From NCBI RefSeq assembly GCF_006345805.1, contig NW_021832746.1, positions 1 through 32,775 on the forward strand: a DNA stretch of 32,775 nucleotides. The letters are read 5' to 3'. Below the pieces are notes generated by a model. The model worked only from the letters and a program-made list of their open reading frames with translations, made no database searches and was not told the origin of the DNA. Each line of letters starts with the position of its first letter. Positions within the stretch are counted from its first letter, which is position 1. Both the position numbers and the translations under genes were made by a program. Positions 32,576-32,775 of this stretch are shown piece after piece. Source of the DNA: Octopus sinensis. Its lineage: Eukaryota.

Positions 32576-32775
32576 GAGAGAGAAAAAGAGAGACAGACAG
32601 ATAGTGTAATAATTTTGATATGGCTGGATACTGTTTATATTTATGTAAAATGTCAAAGTGCTCAATACATATAGAGTTTCATAGAGTATGAAGTTTAGTA
32701 CCCATGTATTGAGTGCATGTTGCTAGTTCTTTACTTTTACTTTAACTTCTTGTTAGTATCTAGGAAGTTGGATAT

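Noticed and set aside
1-32775. CRISPR array, prokaryotic operon or contamination
   Set aside because: No regularly spaced direct repeats with unique spacers and no gene-dense segment; all repeats are eukaryotic TE or microsatellite types.

Overview
AT-rich eukaryotic DNA, intronic or intergenic, made almost entirely of interspersed repeats and microsatellites. The SINE families look like those I recognise from octopod (Octopus) genomes; this is recognition, not a search result. I found no intact, recognisable protein-coding gene, rRNA, true tRNA or CRISPR array, and nearly all ORFs in the track are read-throughs of SINEs or simple repeats. Supported content: (i) three tRNA-derived SINE groups, my own labels A (CORE-like), B (B1/B2 tails) and C (shared head, three tails), in more than 25 copies, several with target-site duplications (TSDs) and several nested; (ii) 3' ends of RTE-type and R4/Dong-type LINEs, the latter inside a (TAA)n tract; (iii) mariner-type, piggyBac-type and foldback MITEs, a Helentron-like tandem and a hAT transposase scrap; (iv) Penelope-like repeats carrying decayed minimal hammerhead-ribozyme cores; (v) a few unique islands with splice-like signals that may be exons of an unidentified gene, strand unresolved. 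The best leads are a B1 SINE that inserts where the target resembles its own 3' end and twice inserted antisense at the same site of B-family SINEs (building long hairpins), hammerhead relics inactivated by the same two CpG transitions, and head/tail swapping among SINEs. I see no strong evidence for a wholly new biological system.
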